This document shows, one piece after another, positions 16,815-27,097 of a stretch of 38,740 nucleotides of DNA. Each line of letters opens with the position of its first letter. Position 1 is the first letter of the stretch. The stretch is taken from positions 1 through 38,740 of IMG/VR virus record IMGVR_UViG_3300020045_002935. One strand, written 5' to 3'. A program made the translations under genes and the position numbers. The stretch comes from a virus. Lineage: Duplodnaviria > Caudoviricetes. The notes beneath the pieces were generated by a model. It made no database searches and was not told the origin of the DNA. It saw nothing but the letters and a program-made list of their open reading frames with translations.

Positions 16815-17353
16815 AAATAACATCAAAACATAAAATGAAAGATTTGAAACGGATGTTATTTATCTTAAAAAACTCCGATGATAATCTTTTAGACAAAATA
16901 AAAGCCTTTGAAGTCCCAACAGAAATTAACGGAATAAAAGTAAATCCGTACAAAGAAATATCGATTGATAATATGCTCGATATTTGGGATATTAAAACAA
17001 CCGAACAGCTTTACAAAATGACTGCAGAAGCGTTTTTGGACTTAGAGGAAAAAGATATTGAGGAATTGCCACTTATTGACTTCATACGATTAACGCAATA
17101 TACCGAAGAAATTGCTATCTTAGTAGCGGAATTATTCAAGAAGCTACACAGAGAGCCTGAGGATATTAGAATCGCTGATATTCTTTCGAAATACAAAAGT
17201 AATCAGTTTGGGATTGTTGCAAGATTTTGCACAATGTTTCCCGCTTATACATTGGAACAGGCAAGCCAACTATCTTGGACGGTTATTTATTTAGCATTTG
17301 AAAACAAAACAATTGAATACGATATTGAACTAGAAAAAAGCAAATTAAAATGA
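16811..17353 (+). CDS. Hypothetical protein (tail assembly chaperone-like)
   Basis: Acidic helical protein in the tail module; ATGA overlap at 16811. Confidence 0.5.
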   Translation: MKITSKHKMKDLKRMLFILKNSDDNLLDKIKAFEVPTEINGIKVNPYKEISIDNMLDIWDIKTTEQLYKMTAEAFLDLEEKDIEELPLIDFIRLTQYTEEIAILVAELFKKLHREPEDIRIADILSKYKSNQFGIVARFCTMFPAYTLEQASQLSWTVIYLAFENKTIEYDIELEKSKLK

Positions 17354-17769
17354 CAAAGCTAGATACCGACATAAAGGCAACAATGGATAAGTATTCTGTT
17401 AAGTTATATCCTTGTGTATTTCAACAAGACGGAAAGCTTTTAGCCACTGATATAGAAGCACAATACAACTGCATAGTTGAAACATATATCGAAGAAGAGC
17501 CTTTGGATAACGGTAATGTTCGCATTTCAAGCGGGTTTTATGTTTTTAGCGGAATAAGTACACAGGAGTTAGATGTAACTGGCGATATTAACCCTAAACA
17601 ACAGCTTTTAATCACTTTAATAAACAAAATCTATGCAGAGTTGCGAAGCAAAGGTTTAGGAGCTAAGAGGGTCGGAAAATCAATAGCTGGGCATGGTTTG
17701 ACGAGCGGTTACGAAACAGGGAGAGCATTTACATTATCATTTGAAGTTGATCCGTCATGTCTGACATAA
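17350..17769 (+). CDS. Putative tail terminator/neck protein
   Basis: Size and position only. Confidence 0.45.
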   Translation: MTKLDTDIKATMDKYSVKLYPCVFQQDGKLLATDIEAQYNCIVETYIEEEPLDNGNVRISSGFYVFSGISTQELDVTGDINPKQQLLITLINKIYAELRSKGLGAKRVGKSIAGHGLTSGYETGRAFTLSFEVDPSCLT

Positions 17770-18197
17770 TAAACATAGATTTTAGTAAGATACTTTCAGA
17801 GGGGGCGAATAAAACCATCAACGGAATAGTTGCTAGTATCATAAAGAACGGTCAAAATGCAAGCGGTAAGACTATTCAAAATTTACATGAAGAGGTTTCA
17901 CCGAATAGGTTGATAATATGGGGCAATGATTACATTGAGAAAGGAACACCACCTAACTCAGGTTTAGTTTTCAACACTCTTTATTTTTGGTCGCAGTATA
18001 AAGGAATGACTTTCGGTTCAAACAAAGAAAGATTTTTCTTTGCAAGAAACGCAACAAACAAGATTAACGAAGAAGGCTCTTTGTTATTCCGTAAAGGTGG
18101 AAGGAAAGATGTTTACTCGGATAAGGTTCAACCGTTAATGGATAACATTGCAGAAAGAGCAGGAAAAGAAATTGTAAATATAAAATTGATTGAATAA
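17757..18197 (+). CDS. Putative tail completion/neck protein
   Basis: ASGKT...EKGTPP...W...KG...KI.EEG pattern and position. Confidence 0.5.
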   Translation: MSDIINIDFSKILSEGANKTINGIVASIIKNGQNASGKTIQNLHEEVSPNRLIIWGNDYIEKGTPPNSGLVFNTLYFWSQYKGMTFGSNKERFFFARNATNKINEEGSLLFRKGGRKDVYSDKVQPLMDNIAERAGKEIVNIKLIE

Positions 18198-19396
18198 TGG
18201 CACGTAGAGTTAACACAGATATAGCGGGAATAACGATAAACTACCCAGAATTGCGGGTTTTCTCTGCAAATCCAAACTATTTGACAGTAACAGGGCTTGC
18301 AGCAATTCAAAACCCTATAGAAATTCAGTTTAACGGAAATTCAGTAAAGAGATACGCAGATTTTAATTTGTCGGCAAAGTTTCAACTACAAGGAATTTTT
18401 GCTTCGTTTTTTGCGGGTGCTGAATTTGGAAATGTGTTACCTGCTACATCTCGTTATGCTTATGTAAATAACGGCTCTAAGTCAATCAAAGTAGATTCGT
18501 TAGTTTATATTACCACTTACCAACAAACAGCCACAGTATCGACTACAGGCGCAGTTGTAACGGCTTCTATAGCTTCGTTTGCATCTACCAATGTAGGAAA
18601 GTACATTTTAATCAAAGGCGTTCCGAAATTAATCACAGGCTACACCGATTCAACGCACATTACAATATCATCACCATTTATTGACGATGTAGTTAATGAG
18701 CCAACATGGAATATCTATGTAGGTCTGCTTTTTGATATTGTTTACGGAGCTTTACAAATTGGAGAAGTAGAACCAAACAACGTACCACTTTATCAATTTG
18801 GTAGCCTACCTTTAACAGTAACACAAACAAAAGGTAATAACTTCACTCCACAAGGCGAAGCAACTATTTCGCTAAATGGGTACGGTAAAGAGATAGATAT
18901 GCAATTTATTATTGAAGACTACCCAAATGCAATCTCTTTTCAATTTGATACAAGCGTTGTAGTCGAAAAAGTATTCAATTTATTCAAATCAACATGCGAA
19001 AACGGCGTGTACCTTCGTTGGATGTCGGCTTGTCAGGGTTACAAGTATTTCCTTTTTAATACAGGCGATACAACACAAGAACTGAAAGACGGTGCAAAGT
19101 TCAACTTTTATATTGATTCTATTGATGCAAGTTCAGAAGGATTAATAAAAGGAGATTCTCAATTAAAAGCAATTGATGGAAACCCAGTACAACTTTGCGG
19201 AATTTCCACATCAGACATAAACATTCAACGGCATTTATTTGATTTGCCAATGTCAAAAAATGTTTGGAAGTGGGAAAATGAAACATGGATAGAGGTTAAC
19301 AAAGAAATGAAGCCAATTGTTATCGACCGTTTCGAATCAAGCAAGCAAATTGACATTAAAATTATCAGTCCGAAACTTTATAACACCGAAATTTAA
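18197..19396 (+). CDS. Tail structural protein (distal-tail-like)
   Basis: Beta-rich; VYLRW...G.KYFLF C-terminal motif; position. Confidence 0.55.
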   Translation: MARRVNTDIAGITINYPELRVFSANPNYLTVTGLAAIQNPIEIQFNGNSVKRYADFNLSAKFQLQGIFASFFAGAEFGNVLPATSRYAYVNNGSKSIKVDSLVYITTYQQTATVSTTGAVVTASIASFASTNVGKYILIKGVPKLITGYTDSTHITISSPFIDDVVNEPTWNIYVGLLFDIVYGALQIGEVEPNNVPLYQFGSLPLTVTQTKGNNFTPQGEATISLNGYGKEIDMQFIIEDYPNAISFQFDTSVVVEKVFNLFKSTCENGVYLRWMSACQGYKYFLFNTGDTTQELKDGAKFNFYIDSIDASSEGLIKGDSQLKAIDGNPVQLCGISTSDINIQRHLFDLPMSKNVWKWENETWIEVNKEMKPIVIDRFESSKQIDIKIISPKLYNTEI

Positions 19397-21489
19397 TGCA
19401 TCAAGAATTAACTATACAAATCGAAAAGCTCGTAAGAGATGATGTCTACGATGAAGATTTAGTATTTTCATACGATTTGCCGATTGATTTAAGCAACGAA
19501 GCTGGTGGAAACTATAGATTAGTTACATCCGATGAATTACTTGATATTGACGACTCGGTTAATATAGTTCGTGAATACACATCACCATGGTTCTCTGACG
19601 CTCAAAAATTAAAGAATGGTGGTACAAAATCATGCAAATTCCCATCTACAGAGAGAAATAAGGCCATATTTCAGAACATGCATCGCGCCGACATGAACAC
19701 GAACTTCCCTTATAAGATAAAATCATCTAACAATTACGTTAATGGTAAAGAAATATGGAGAAATGCGGATGTAAAAGTACTTTCAGACTTCGAATTACAA
19801 TTTACTTACGGTATAAATAGGGCTAAATATTTGCCATTATTTAGCAAAAAACTGAATGAAATAATACCAAACGGTACTACTATTTTAGAAAGTGACTGGA
19901 TAGTTGACTGGAGAAAAGGAAACGGTACTACTGATCTAGCAATGTTTTCCACTGGAAAGAAATATAAATACTTAAATTATGTATCAAGGACTTTAACGCA
20001 AGACGTTGAAACTATTAACGGAGTTGTACAGCCTGCAATTGTAGCAGATGAACCGTATTTATCAAATCAAAAAGAGATGACAATGCATCCATTCGTATCG
20101 TTTTCAAATATTTTAGATTTGATAAATGCAGATAGCAGTGCAGGCTTAGACTTTACTCCGTTAACTTCAAGGCTTACGAACATGGGGTTAATTTTAGGTG
20201 GTGAGCTTGGAACTAATAAAACATTTTCATATCCAAATAGCGCAACATATACAAATCAATTGTGGAGTAAAGCACAAGGGATATTACTTACCTCAACATG
20301 TGATACAAACGGAATTATTCTTTTTAACGCAATATCTGGAATCACTGGAGCTTTTATTAATGGAGGTTTTTTGCTTAACCCATTCATGAAATCTGTTTTG
20401 CCTTTAACTCTTACAATTAGCGTTAATATAAAAATTGAGAAAGAAGAAGCAGCAAATCAGTTAGTACTTGGGTCATATTCAAATACAACGCCTGTAGTAA
20501 ATACTATACTCCAATATATTTATCCAACTAGTTCAGATTCTAATTTTTACTATTATAATCATGATTTTGTATTAGAAATGAATGAGGATAATATACAGCT
20601 TGTTTACAGCCTCCGTATATTATTCACCACCAACTATCAAACACACTTAACTGGTACTATAGGTTATTCGTATTCGGTTAATAAGAGTTATTACACTATT
20701 GATTCATCCGCTATAATTGGAACATACAGACCTACTACTTTCAGAGGTAGATATGATTGTTTAGCAAACTTACCTTCTTTAACATGTATTGAGTTTATAC
20801 AACAGATGCTGATTTTTACTGGATTATTTACGTGGTATGATTCTGAAGGAAATATTAAGTTTTATTCGATGGATGAATTTAAGGCTAATATGTTATCTGG
20901 AAATGTTTACGATTGGACTGGTAGAGTTTCAGATGTTAAAAAAAGCTCTTTTCAATTCAATTCAAATGCACAGAGAAATTATATCCGATATTCGGATTAT
21001 AAAGACCATACAAACGATGATTTTTTCAATAATGCTTTATTGGTAGAAGACGAAACAATTGCAACCGAAAAAGAACTTTATAAAATAGAGTTTAATTTGC
21101 CAAACGAAAATACAAGCGGAGGAAATACGGTCGAATTTATAGAATACGAACAAACAGTTAAGAAAACCACTGACGGTAAAACGTTTGACAATAAGTTCAA
21201 CGAAAAACCAACGGTAACGGCTTACGATAATTCAGGAGATGCAACGGATGCATACATAACCGCTTCTTCGATAATGGAGCGAAATTATACCATCTATAAA
21301 AAACTAATTAAACAACCTAAAGTAAAAGATATTTATATTAACTTAGAATTTTTTGAGTCAGCAAATATAAAACCCGAATATCCAATTTGGGTTGGAGAAT
21401 GGGGTGTGTGGTGTATGTATCTAGGTCATACAGCACCCGATAACGATGTATCTTTAGTAACATTATTAATCATTAACGAACAACTGTAA
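19396..21489 (+). CDS. Tail tip/baseplate hub-like protein
   Basis: KFPST.RN..IF; LPSLTCIEFIQ; YDWT...AQRNYI.Y; position. Confidence 0.55.
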   Translation: MHQELTIQIEKLVRDDVYDEDLVFSYDLPIDLSNEAGGNYRLVTSDELLDIDDSVNIVREYTSPWFSDAQKLKNGGTKSCKFPSTERNKAIFQNMHRADMNTNFPYKIKSSNNYVNGKEIWRNADVKVLSDFELQFTYGINRAKYLPLFSKKLNEIIPNGTTILESDWIVDWRKGNGTTDLAMFSTGKKYKYLNYVSRTLTQDVETINGVVQPAIVADEPYLSNQKEMTMHPFVSFSNILDLINADSSAGLDFTPLTSRLTNMGLILGGELGTNKTFSYPNSATYTNQLWSKAQGILLTSTCDTNGIILFNAISGITGAFINGGFLLNPFMKSVLPLTLTISVNIKIEKEEAANQLVLGSYSNTTPVVNTILQYIYPTSSDSNFYYYNHDFVLEMNEDNIQLVYSLRILFTTNYQTHLTGTIGYSYSVNKSYYTIDSSAIIGTYRPTTFRGRYDCLANLPSLTCIEFIQQMLIFTGLFTWYDSEGNIKFYSMDEFKANMLSGNVYDWTGRVSDVKKSSFQFNSNAQRNYIRYSDYKDHTNDDFFNNALLVEDETIATEKELYKIEFNLPNENTSGGNTVEFIEYEQTVKKTTDGKTFDNKFNEKPTVTAYDNSGDATDAYITASSIMERNYTIYKKLIKQPKVKDIYINLEFFESANIKPEYPIWVGEWGVWCMYLGHTAPDNDVSLVTLLIINEQL

Positions 21490-24400
21490 TGGAAAACGAA
21501 ACAAAAATAATAGATATTAGCGTGAATTACTCAAAGGCGGTTAATGATTTAATCGCTACTAAGAACGCTATTACGGAGCTAAAAAATGCTAATGTTGAGC
21601 TATCAAAGGACATGGCTACTAATGGCGGTCAAGTACTCGTCAATAACGCACAAATAAAAAATCTTACCTCTACTTTAAATATAAATACAAAAGCTGTTAG
21701 AGAAGAGATAGCAGAAGTAAAGGGAGCGGAAGGGGCTTATCAAAAATTAGATTTGCAATATCAATTAGCGGCAAAAGATGCAAAAGATTTAGCAGCTAGG
21801 AATATATTATTAGTTAATGCTACAAGCGAGCAACATAGGGAAGCGGATATTGCAGCAAAAAAAGCTAATGCATTAAATGACCAATTAAAAGCCCTTGATA
21901 AAACAGTTGGTCAAAATCAAAGGTCTGTCGGTGATTATAAAGACCAAATAATTGCAGCAGTTAAAGAACTTACAACACTAAAAAATGAAACCTCTAAAAT
22001 GGAGGTAAAGCAAAAGCAGCTTAGCGATAGCAACAAAGAAAATACGAGAGAATATAAAGAGCTATCTAATGCTATTTCAGAAAACAAATCAAAAATAGCA
22101 GGCAACGTTAAAGCTATAGAAACAAGCAGGACTGAAATTCAAAAGTTCGGAGTTAATGCTAAACAAACAGCTAAAGAGTTAAAAGAACTTGGATTTAGTA
22201 GCGAATATATTGCAAAAGAATTAAAAATAATTGATGCTGAAGCGTCGAAAGGCGGTAATTCTATAAAGGACTTAGGCAAGCAATTTTTGTCTATGATTGG
22301 TGTTACTGCTATAATAGGCGGAATTGCGTCGGCTTTTAAAAACGCTCTTAACACTATTACCGAGTTTGATCAATCAATGGCTAATGTTTCAGCCATCACA
22401 ATGGCTACTAAGGAAGAGATGAAACAACTTCGTGAAATAGCAATCCAATACGGAACGTCAACAAAGTTTACAGCGTCAGAGGTTGCAGGGTTAGAAGTTG
22501 AACTTGGGAAGCTTGGTTACACAACTCAGCAGATAATTGATGCTACTGGTGGAGTTGCAATGGCAGCAGCAGCAACTGGTGAGTCGCTTCAAAAGACAGC
22601 CGAGATTGTCGGTTCTGTTACAATGGCATTCGGTTTAAGTGCTGGAGAATCGCAAAGAGTAGCGGATGTAATGTCTCAATCTTTCAATTCAACCGCTTTA
22701 GGTCTTGATAACTTTTCAGAAGCCATTAAATATGTTGCTCCTGTAGCCAAACAGGCTGGTGTATCTTTAGAAGAGACAACCGCTTTACTTGGAATATTAG
22801 CAAATAATGGAATAAAAGGCTCAATGGCTGGTACTGCATTGCGTCAAATTATGGGCGAGCTAGTCGGTACTGGTGGCAATCTTCAAGATAAATTAAAAGA
22901 ATTAGCTAAAACGGGGCTTAATCTTGCGGGCGCACAGGATGAGGTTGGTCGTTCTGCAAAAACTTCATTGTTAATATTAAAAGATAATACAGCCGAAATC
23001 CCAAAACTAACGGAAGCGTTTGTAAATTCAGCTGGCGCGAGTGAAATTGCAGCAGCTAAAATGATGGACACGATAGCTGGCAAGACTAATTTTCTTGGCT
23101 CTACTTGGGAAAGCTTTATCTTGTCTATTGAAAATGGTAATGGGCGATTTGCAAATTCATTGAAATTTATGTTAGATAAGGCAGCCGAAGCAGTTTCTGG
23201 ATTACAAAGATTGTTAATGTCTCAAAGTGATATTGATAAAATGGATGCTAAAAATTCAGCTCAATCAAGACTGAAAGATTTCGAAAAAAGAGCGCAATCA
23301 CAAAAAGACTACACTAAGTATCTTAACGAAGAAATAATTGCGGAGAAAGGAGTTTATCAAGCAAAGTTAACTAAAGTAGAACAATTGAAAGCTGAAAATC
23401 AACAGACAGGAGAATGGATTACTAAGACAGAAAAGTATTTAAGTACTAGCAGAGATGTTAACTTTGAAAGGACTAAAAATTTAGCTGCTGCAAAAGTTGA
23501 ATTTGAAAATAAAAACAAAGAGATTAAAGGCCTTACTGAGTCTGTTAACAAATCTGTTGAATATGTAAACGTATTAGGAAATTTAAGACGTTCAAAAGCT
23601 GATGCAACAGCATTGGATTTAAAGAACACCGCTATTTTAGAAAAAAACAATTCATTAGGTGAAGCAGAAAAGAAAAAGAAGAAAGAATCATTCGATTTTG
23701 AAAAAGCATTGCGTGAGTCAAATGCAAAGGGTGTTGAAGATTCAATGAATCGAGAAATAGAGATTGTAAAATCAACTATTACAACAAAACAAGATGCATT
23801 AAACGTAGCGCATAAAAAGAAACTTGTAACTGAAAAAGAATACGGTGAACTTTCAAAAGCTTACGAAGATGAACAGGATAGGGAGATAAGTTCAATAAAA
23901 GATAAATATTGGATGAAAGACGCACAAGGCCTTGAAAAGCATCTCGATGAACTTAAAAAAACAACTGACAAGCAATTAGATGATTTTTGGGCTAAAATAA
24001 AAAGCACAGATGAATATGTGTTAAGCATATACAAAGGCGAGGTAGACACAGCAGCAAACAAATACGATTTACTGAAAGAAAAAGGTATTGAGGATGCCGA
24101 AGCTCACAAAGCATTATTAGAAGCTCAAAGACAATTTGATGTAGAGAATGCAAAAAAAACAGGAGAAGATGAATTATCAATTAACGCAAAGTATGCACAG
24201 TTAAAAAAGAATGTAGATACTGAAGCATTCAATGCAAAACTTGATATGGCTTCGAGTGTTACATCTGGGTTAGCAACTCTTTTAGGTAAAGAAACAAAAG
24301 CGGGTAAACTAGCAGCAGCAGCAACTGTTGGTATAGAGGGTGCAAAATCAGCATTTAAAACAGGCGCACAAGCAGCAGTTTATTTCGCAAGTGGTAATAT

Positions 24401-24866
24401 CCCAATGGGAATACTTGCAGGTGTTGAGACAGGTATAATTATAGCAAATACGGCTAAGTCAATTGCCGATATTTATAAGGTGAATACAGAAGTCGCATCT
24501 GTTGTTACTGGTAAAAGTGATACTGTTTCAACTACCACAACTAAACTTCACACAGGAGGTGTTGATACTCCAGATAACAACCTACGTTCTGATGAAATAA
24601 CAAGAACGTTATTGAAATCTGAAAGAGTATTAAGTCCTGTTCAAACAGGTATATTTGACAATATAATCAGAAACGTTTCTTTACAGGGTGGGTCGAATAA
24701 TATTACAAGCAATATAGGTACTAATCAAATCGATCAAACAATATTACTTAAAAGTGCAATGATTGAAGCGTTCAAATCTATGCCACCTACACAATTAAGT
24801 TTAGTTGAGTGGAATAATTTTCAAGCAAGGCAGTTATTGTTAGAGGAAAATAGAGTTATTAAATAA
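21489..24866 (+). CDS. Tail tape measure protein
   Basis: 1125 aa coiled coil with TP901-type core (FDQSMANVSAI...TKFTASEVA...GIKGSMAGTALR). Confidence 0.92.
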   Translation: MENETKIIDISVNYSKAVNDLIATKNAITELKNANVELSKDMATNGGQVLVNNAQIKNLTSTLNINTKAVREEIAEVKGAEGAYQKLDLQYQLAAKDAKDLAARNILLVNATSEQHREADIAAKKANALNDQLKALDKTVGQNQRSVGDYKDQIIAAVKELTTLKNETSKMEVKQKQLSDSNKENTREYKELSNAISENKSKIAGNVKAIETSRTEIQKFGVNAKQTAKELKELGFSSEYIAKELKIIDAEASKGGNSIKDLGKQFLSMIGVTAIIGGIASAFKNALNTITEFDQSMANVSAITMATKEEMKQLREIAIQYGTSTKFTASEVAGLEVELGKLGYTTQQIIDATGGVAMAAAATGESLQKTAEIVGSVTMAFGLSAGESQRVADVMSQSFNSTALGLDNFSEAIKYVAPVAKQAGVSLEETTALLGILANNGIKGSMAGTALRQIMGELVGTGGNLQDKLKELAKTGLNLAGAQDEVGRSAKTSLLILKDNTAEIPKLTEAFVNSAGASEIAAAKMMDTIAGKTNFLGSTWESFILSIENGNGRFANSLKFMLDKAAEAVSGLQRLLMSQSDIDKMDAKNSAQSRLKDFEKRAQSQKDYTKYLNEEIIAEKGVYQAKLTKVEQLKAENQQTGEWITKTEKYLSTSRDVNFERTKNLAAAKVEFENKNKEIKGLTESVNKSVEYVNVLGNLRRSKADATALDLKNTAILEKNNSLGEAEKKKKKESFDFEKALRESNAKGVEDSMNREIEIVKSTITTKQDALNVAHKKKLVTEKEYGELSKAYEDEQDREISSIKDKYWMKDAQGLEKHLDELKKTTDKQLDDFWAKIKSTDEYVLSIYKGEVDTAANKYDLLKEKGIEDAEAHKALLEAQRQFDVENAKKTGEDELSINAKYAQLKKNVDTEAFNAKLDMASSVTSGLATLLGKETKAGKLAAAATVGIEGAKSAFKTGAQAAVYFASGNIPMGILAGVETGIIIANTAKSIADIYKVNTEVASVVTGKSDTVSTTTTKLHTGGVDTPDNNLRSDEITRTLLKSERVLSPVQTGIFDNIIRNVSLQGGSNNITSNIGTNQIDQTILLKSAMIEAFKSMPPTQLSLVEWNNFQARQLLLEENRVIK

Positions 24867-24902
24867 AAAATAGGCTATCATTGAGTTGATAGCCTGTTTT
24901 TG
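24865..24902. terminator. Bidirectional rho-independent terminator
   Basis: A-run, AGGCTATCA-loop-TGATAGCCT, T-run, between convergent genes. Confidence 0.8.
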
Positions 24903-24910
24903 TATAAATA

Positions 24911-25402
24911 TTATTTTTTAGTGTTTAATGCTAACCCAAGCGGATTATATATTTTTACAAATTTTGTTCGTTGCTCTTGCACTGTTATCGCACTTACAAA
25001 TTTATGACAAACAAGTTTTCGCTTTTCATCCCAGACAATGCGAGCTTTATCAACTCCCTGAACAAAGAAAGTATGAGGGTGTTTCCTCCATTGTATTAAA
25101 TCGCCACTTTCGACTAGTTTCAAAATTTCAGATGGAATAAACGTATTTGCATGCTCAACACCTTTTATTTTCCATTCTTCTTTTTCTATCGCTTCTTTTG
25201 TCGTTTCGATACTTTTTTGAAGAGTCCTAATACTTTCATTTTGTCGCTCCCACTTATTTAAAGTGGCTTGTCCGTTTCGCTTGTCGTTTAAAGGCTGTCC
25301 GTTTGCCTGTTTTACAGTTGCAAAATGTTCGTCAAATTTAGCATTTAGTTGCTGTTCCTTCTTTGACAATGATTGTTTTAAAATTTCAAGTCTTTTGCTC
25401 AT
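24911..25402 (-). CDS. Moron-like hypothetical protein (only convincing minus-strand gene)
   Basis: 163 aa filling the gap, with its own promoter and terminator; ANGQPLNDKRNG and QWRKHP..FFV.GV motifs. Confidence 0.85.
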   Translation of the reverse strand: MSKRLEILKQSLSKKEQQLNAKFDEHFATVKQANGQPLNDKRNGQATLNKWERQNESIRTLQKSIETTKEAIEKEEWKIKGVEHANTFIPSEILKLVESGDLIQWRKHPHTFFVQGVDKARIVWDEKRKLVCHKFVSAITVQEQRTKFVKIYNPLGLALNTKK

Positions 25403-25426
25403 AATAAAATTCTTAAATTATTTCGA

Positions 25427-25460
25427 CAAAATTACAACTAATTTCATATCATCAACCAAA
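25427..25460 (-). promoter_or_regulatory. Promoter of the minus-strand gene
   Basis: Reverse complement reads TTTG, N22, TAATTTTG. Confidence 0.6.
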
Positions 25461-25515
25461 TAAGTAGTTAAATATTCAATAAATAAATAAAATAGATAAA
25501 TTAATATTATATTTG
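25456..25515 (+). promoter_or_regulatory. Putative late promoter 2 (25-bp box, N27, TATATTTG)
   Basis: Matches 12077-12136 in box and spacing. Confidence 0.7.
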
Positions 25516-25556
25516 CGATGAAAAAAGTAAATTTTAATTATTAAAAAATATAAATT

Positions 25557-26120
25557 ATGAGCTGTTTAAATCTACCTGATGCAATCGGTACAGGCATTAA
25601 CAATGGATGTCCGCTTCCAGTGACAGGTGCGGAGTATGTAGGATATATCGGTATCAAATCCGAAATCCTATCAAAAGCAAACACAGGTAACATTTTCACT
25701 TCAATCATCATGAAGCCTACAAAGAAAATGTTTCCTATTACGGTTAAAGGAACTAAACCTTATGACCCTAAAATTACGGGTAAAGCAGCTTCTTACGGTT
25801 GGGTTTTCGACCAAACAACAGGTTACACCATCAAAGGTCACAACCCATCAACAGCTAACCTAGTAAAAGGATTGGCAGATGAAAAAATGTTTATGATTTT
25901 GCAACAAGTTGGAGTAACTGGAAACGGTAAATATATGGTTTTCGGTCTTGAAACTGGTCTTATTATGACTGCTTCGGCTTTGGAAATTGCAGGCGATACA
26001 GGTGGTACGGTTGTAACAATGTCAGAAATGAACACTGATAACTCAGGTAATTTCTTGTACATCACAAGCGATGCAGTAACCGATACATTAATTCAAACCC
26101 TTATTACATCAGCAGCGTAA
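25557..26120 (+). CDS. Putative major tail tube protein
   Basis: 187 aa, Gly/Thr-rich, N-terminal C...GC...G, Y.VFGLETGL motif. Confidence 0.65.
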   Translation: MSCLNLPDAIGTGINNGCPLPVTGAEYVGYIGIKSEILSKANTGNIFTSIIMKPTKKMFPITVKGTKPYDPKITGKAASYGWVFDQTTGYTIKGHNPSTANLVKGLADEKMFMILQQVGVTGNGKYMVFGLETGLIMTASALEIAGDTGGTVVTMSEMNTDNSGNFLYITSDAVTDTLIQTLITSAA

Positions 26121-26437
26121 TGGAAGATTTAAAAGCATTAAGAGCAACGCTTGTGACTACAGGCGTTGTTACTGACCAAGCAAAGAAAACAATCCGTAAG
26201 GAGTATGAAGCTATGTTTAAAACAAAGCTGAGTAATCCAAGAGGTTGTGAAAATTGCTATGTTGATGCTTTAGATTTAATTATCTCGAATATGGGTAAAG
26301 GCTTAATGACAATGTGCGCTGGTGCTATGGTTGAATTTGAGGGTGAAACATACCATCGACTAAACATCACCGACTCAATCGCACAAAAAATCATTGACTC
26401 AAAACCCGAAACAGCAATTTACTTTTATAAAAAATAA
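26120..26437 (+). CDS. Hypothetical CxxC protein
   Basis: GCENCYVDA; lies between the two tube-like genes. Confidence 0.65.
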   Translation: MEDLKALRATLVTTGVVTDQAKKTIRKEYEAMFKTKLSNPRGCENCYVDALDLIISNMGKGLMTMCAGAMVEFEGETYHRLNITDSIAQKIIDSKPETAIYFYKK

Positions 26438-26439
26438 CT

Positions 26440-27024
26440 ATGGCTTGTTTTGAACTTGCATTAGAAGAAATAAATCCAGATTGCCAAAGTGCTGTTAAAG
26501 GGTTTGAAAAAATAGGATGGCTAATTCCTTGGTCATTCATTGACCATGTAAATAAGTCATTTGAAGGAAGCCAATGCGTATTTGAGTTATTAGCTGATAA
26601 GGCAGCTTATCCAATTTACGAACGTTCTTTAAATCCGTTCAAAGGCACTAAAATTGAGGGTAAGAATGAGGTTGCTGGTTATTATCCAAACTGGACTGAA
26701 ACGGTTGTATTTCCTTTGCTTACAAATGATCCTTCTAATGCTAATTTAGTAAAAGCATTATCGAACGAAGAAGAAAGATTTGTATTTATTTTGGAGCAAA
26801 TCGACAAAGGAACGGATGACAACGCACGTTATCCAGTTTTTGGACTAAGGAACGGATTAACTTTGAAAGGTTCGGTTAATGATGCATCAACTGGTATCGC
26901 ATGGCTTGCAACATTTGAAGGGTTAAATCTTCCAGATGCAGCTTTGTTTTTAGGCGCACCAAACGACACAGCCGAAGATATTGAATTAAAATTCGATGCT
27001 ATTCTGAAAGTACTTGATTTATAA
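26440..27024 (+). CDS. Second tail tube-like protein (paralogue)
   Basis: Shares KI.GK, PS.ANLVK.L and Y.VFGL..GL with 25557..26120. Confidence 0.6.
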   Translation: MACFELALEEINPDCQSAVKGFEKIGWLIPWSFIDHVNKSFEGSQCVFELLADKAAYPIYERSLNPFKGTKIEGKNEVAGYYPNWTETVVFPLLTNDPSNANLVKALSNEEERFVFILEQIDKGTDDNARYPVFGLRNGLTLKGSVNDASTGIAWLATFEGLNLPDAALFLGAPNDTAEDIELKFDAILKVLDL

Positions 27025-27050
27025 TTAAATTCTAAAAAAGAGTATAAATT

Positions 27051-27086
27051 AAGTCCTATCTACTTAAAAATAGGTGGGACTTTTTT
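27051..27086 (+). terminator. Rho-independent terminator
   Basis: AAGTCCTATCTA-loop-TAGGTGGGACTT-TTTT. Confidence 0.75.
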
Positions 27087-27097
27087 AATAACACAAA

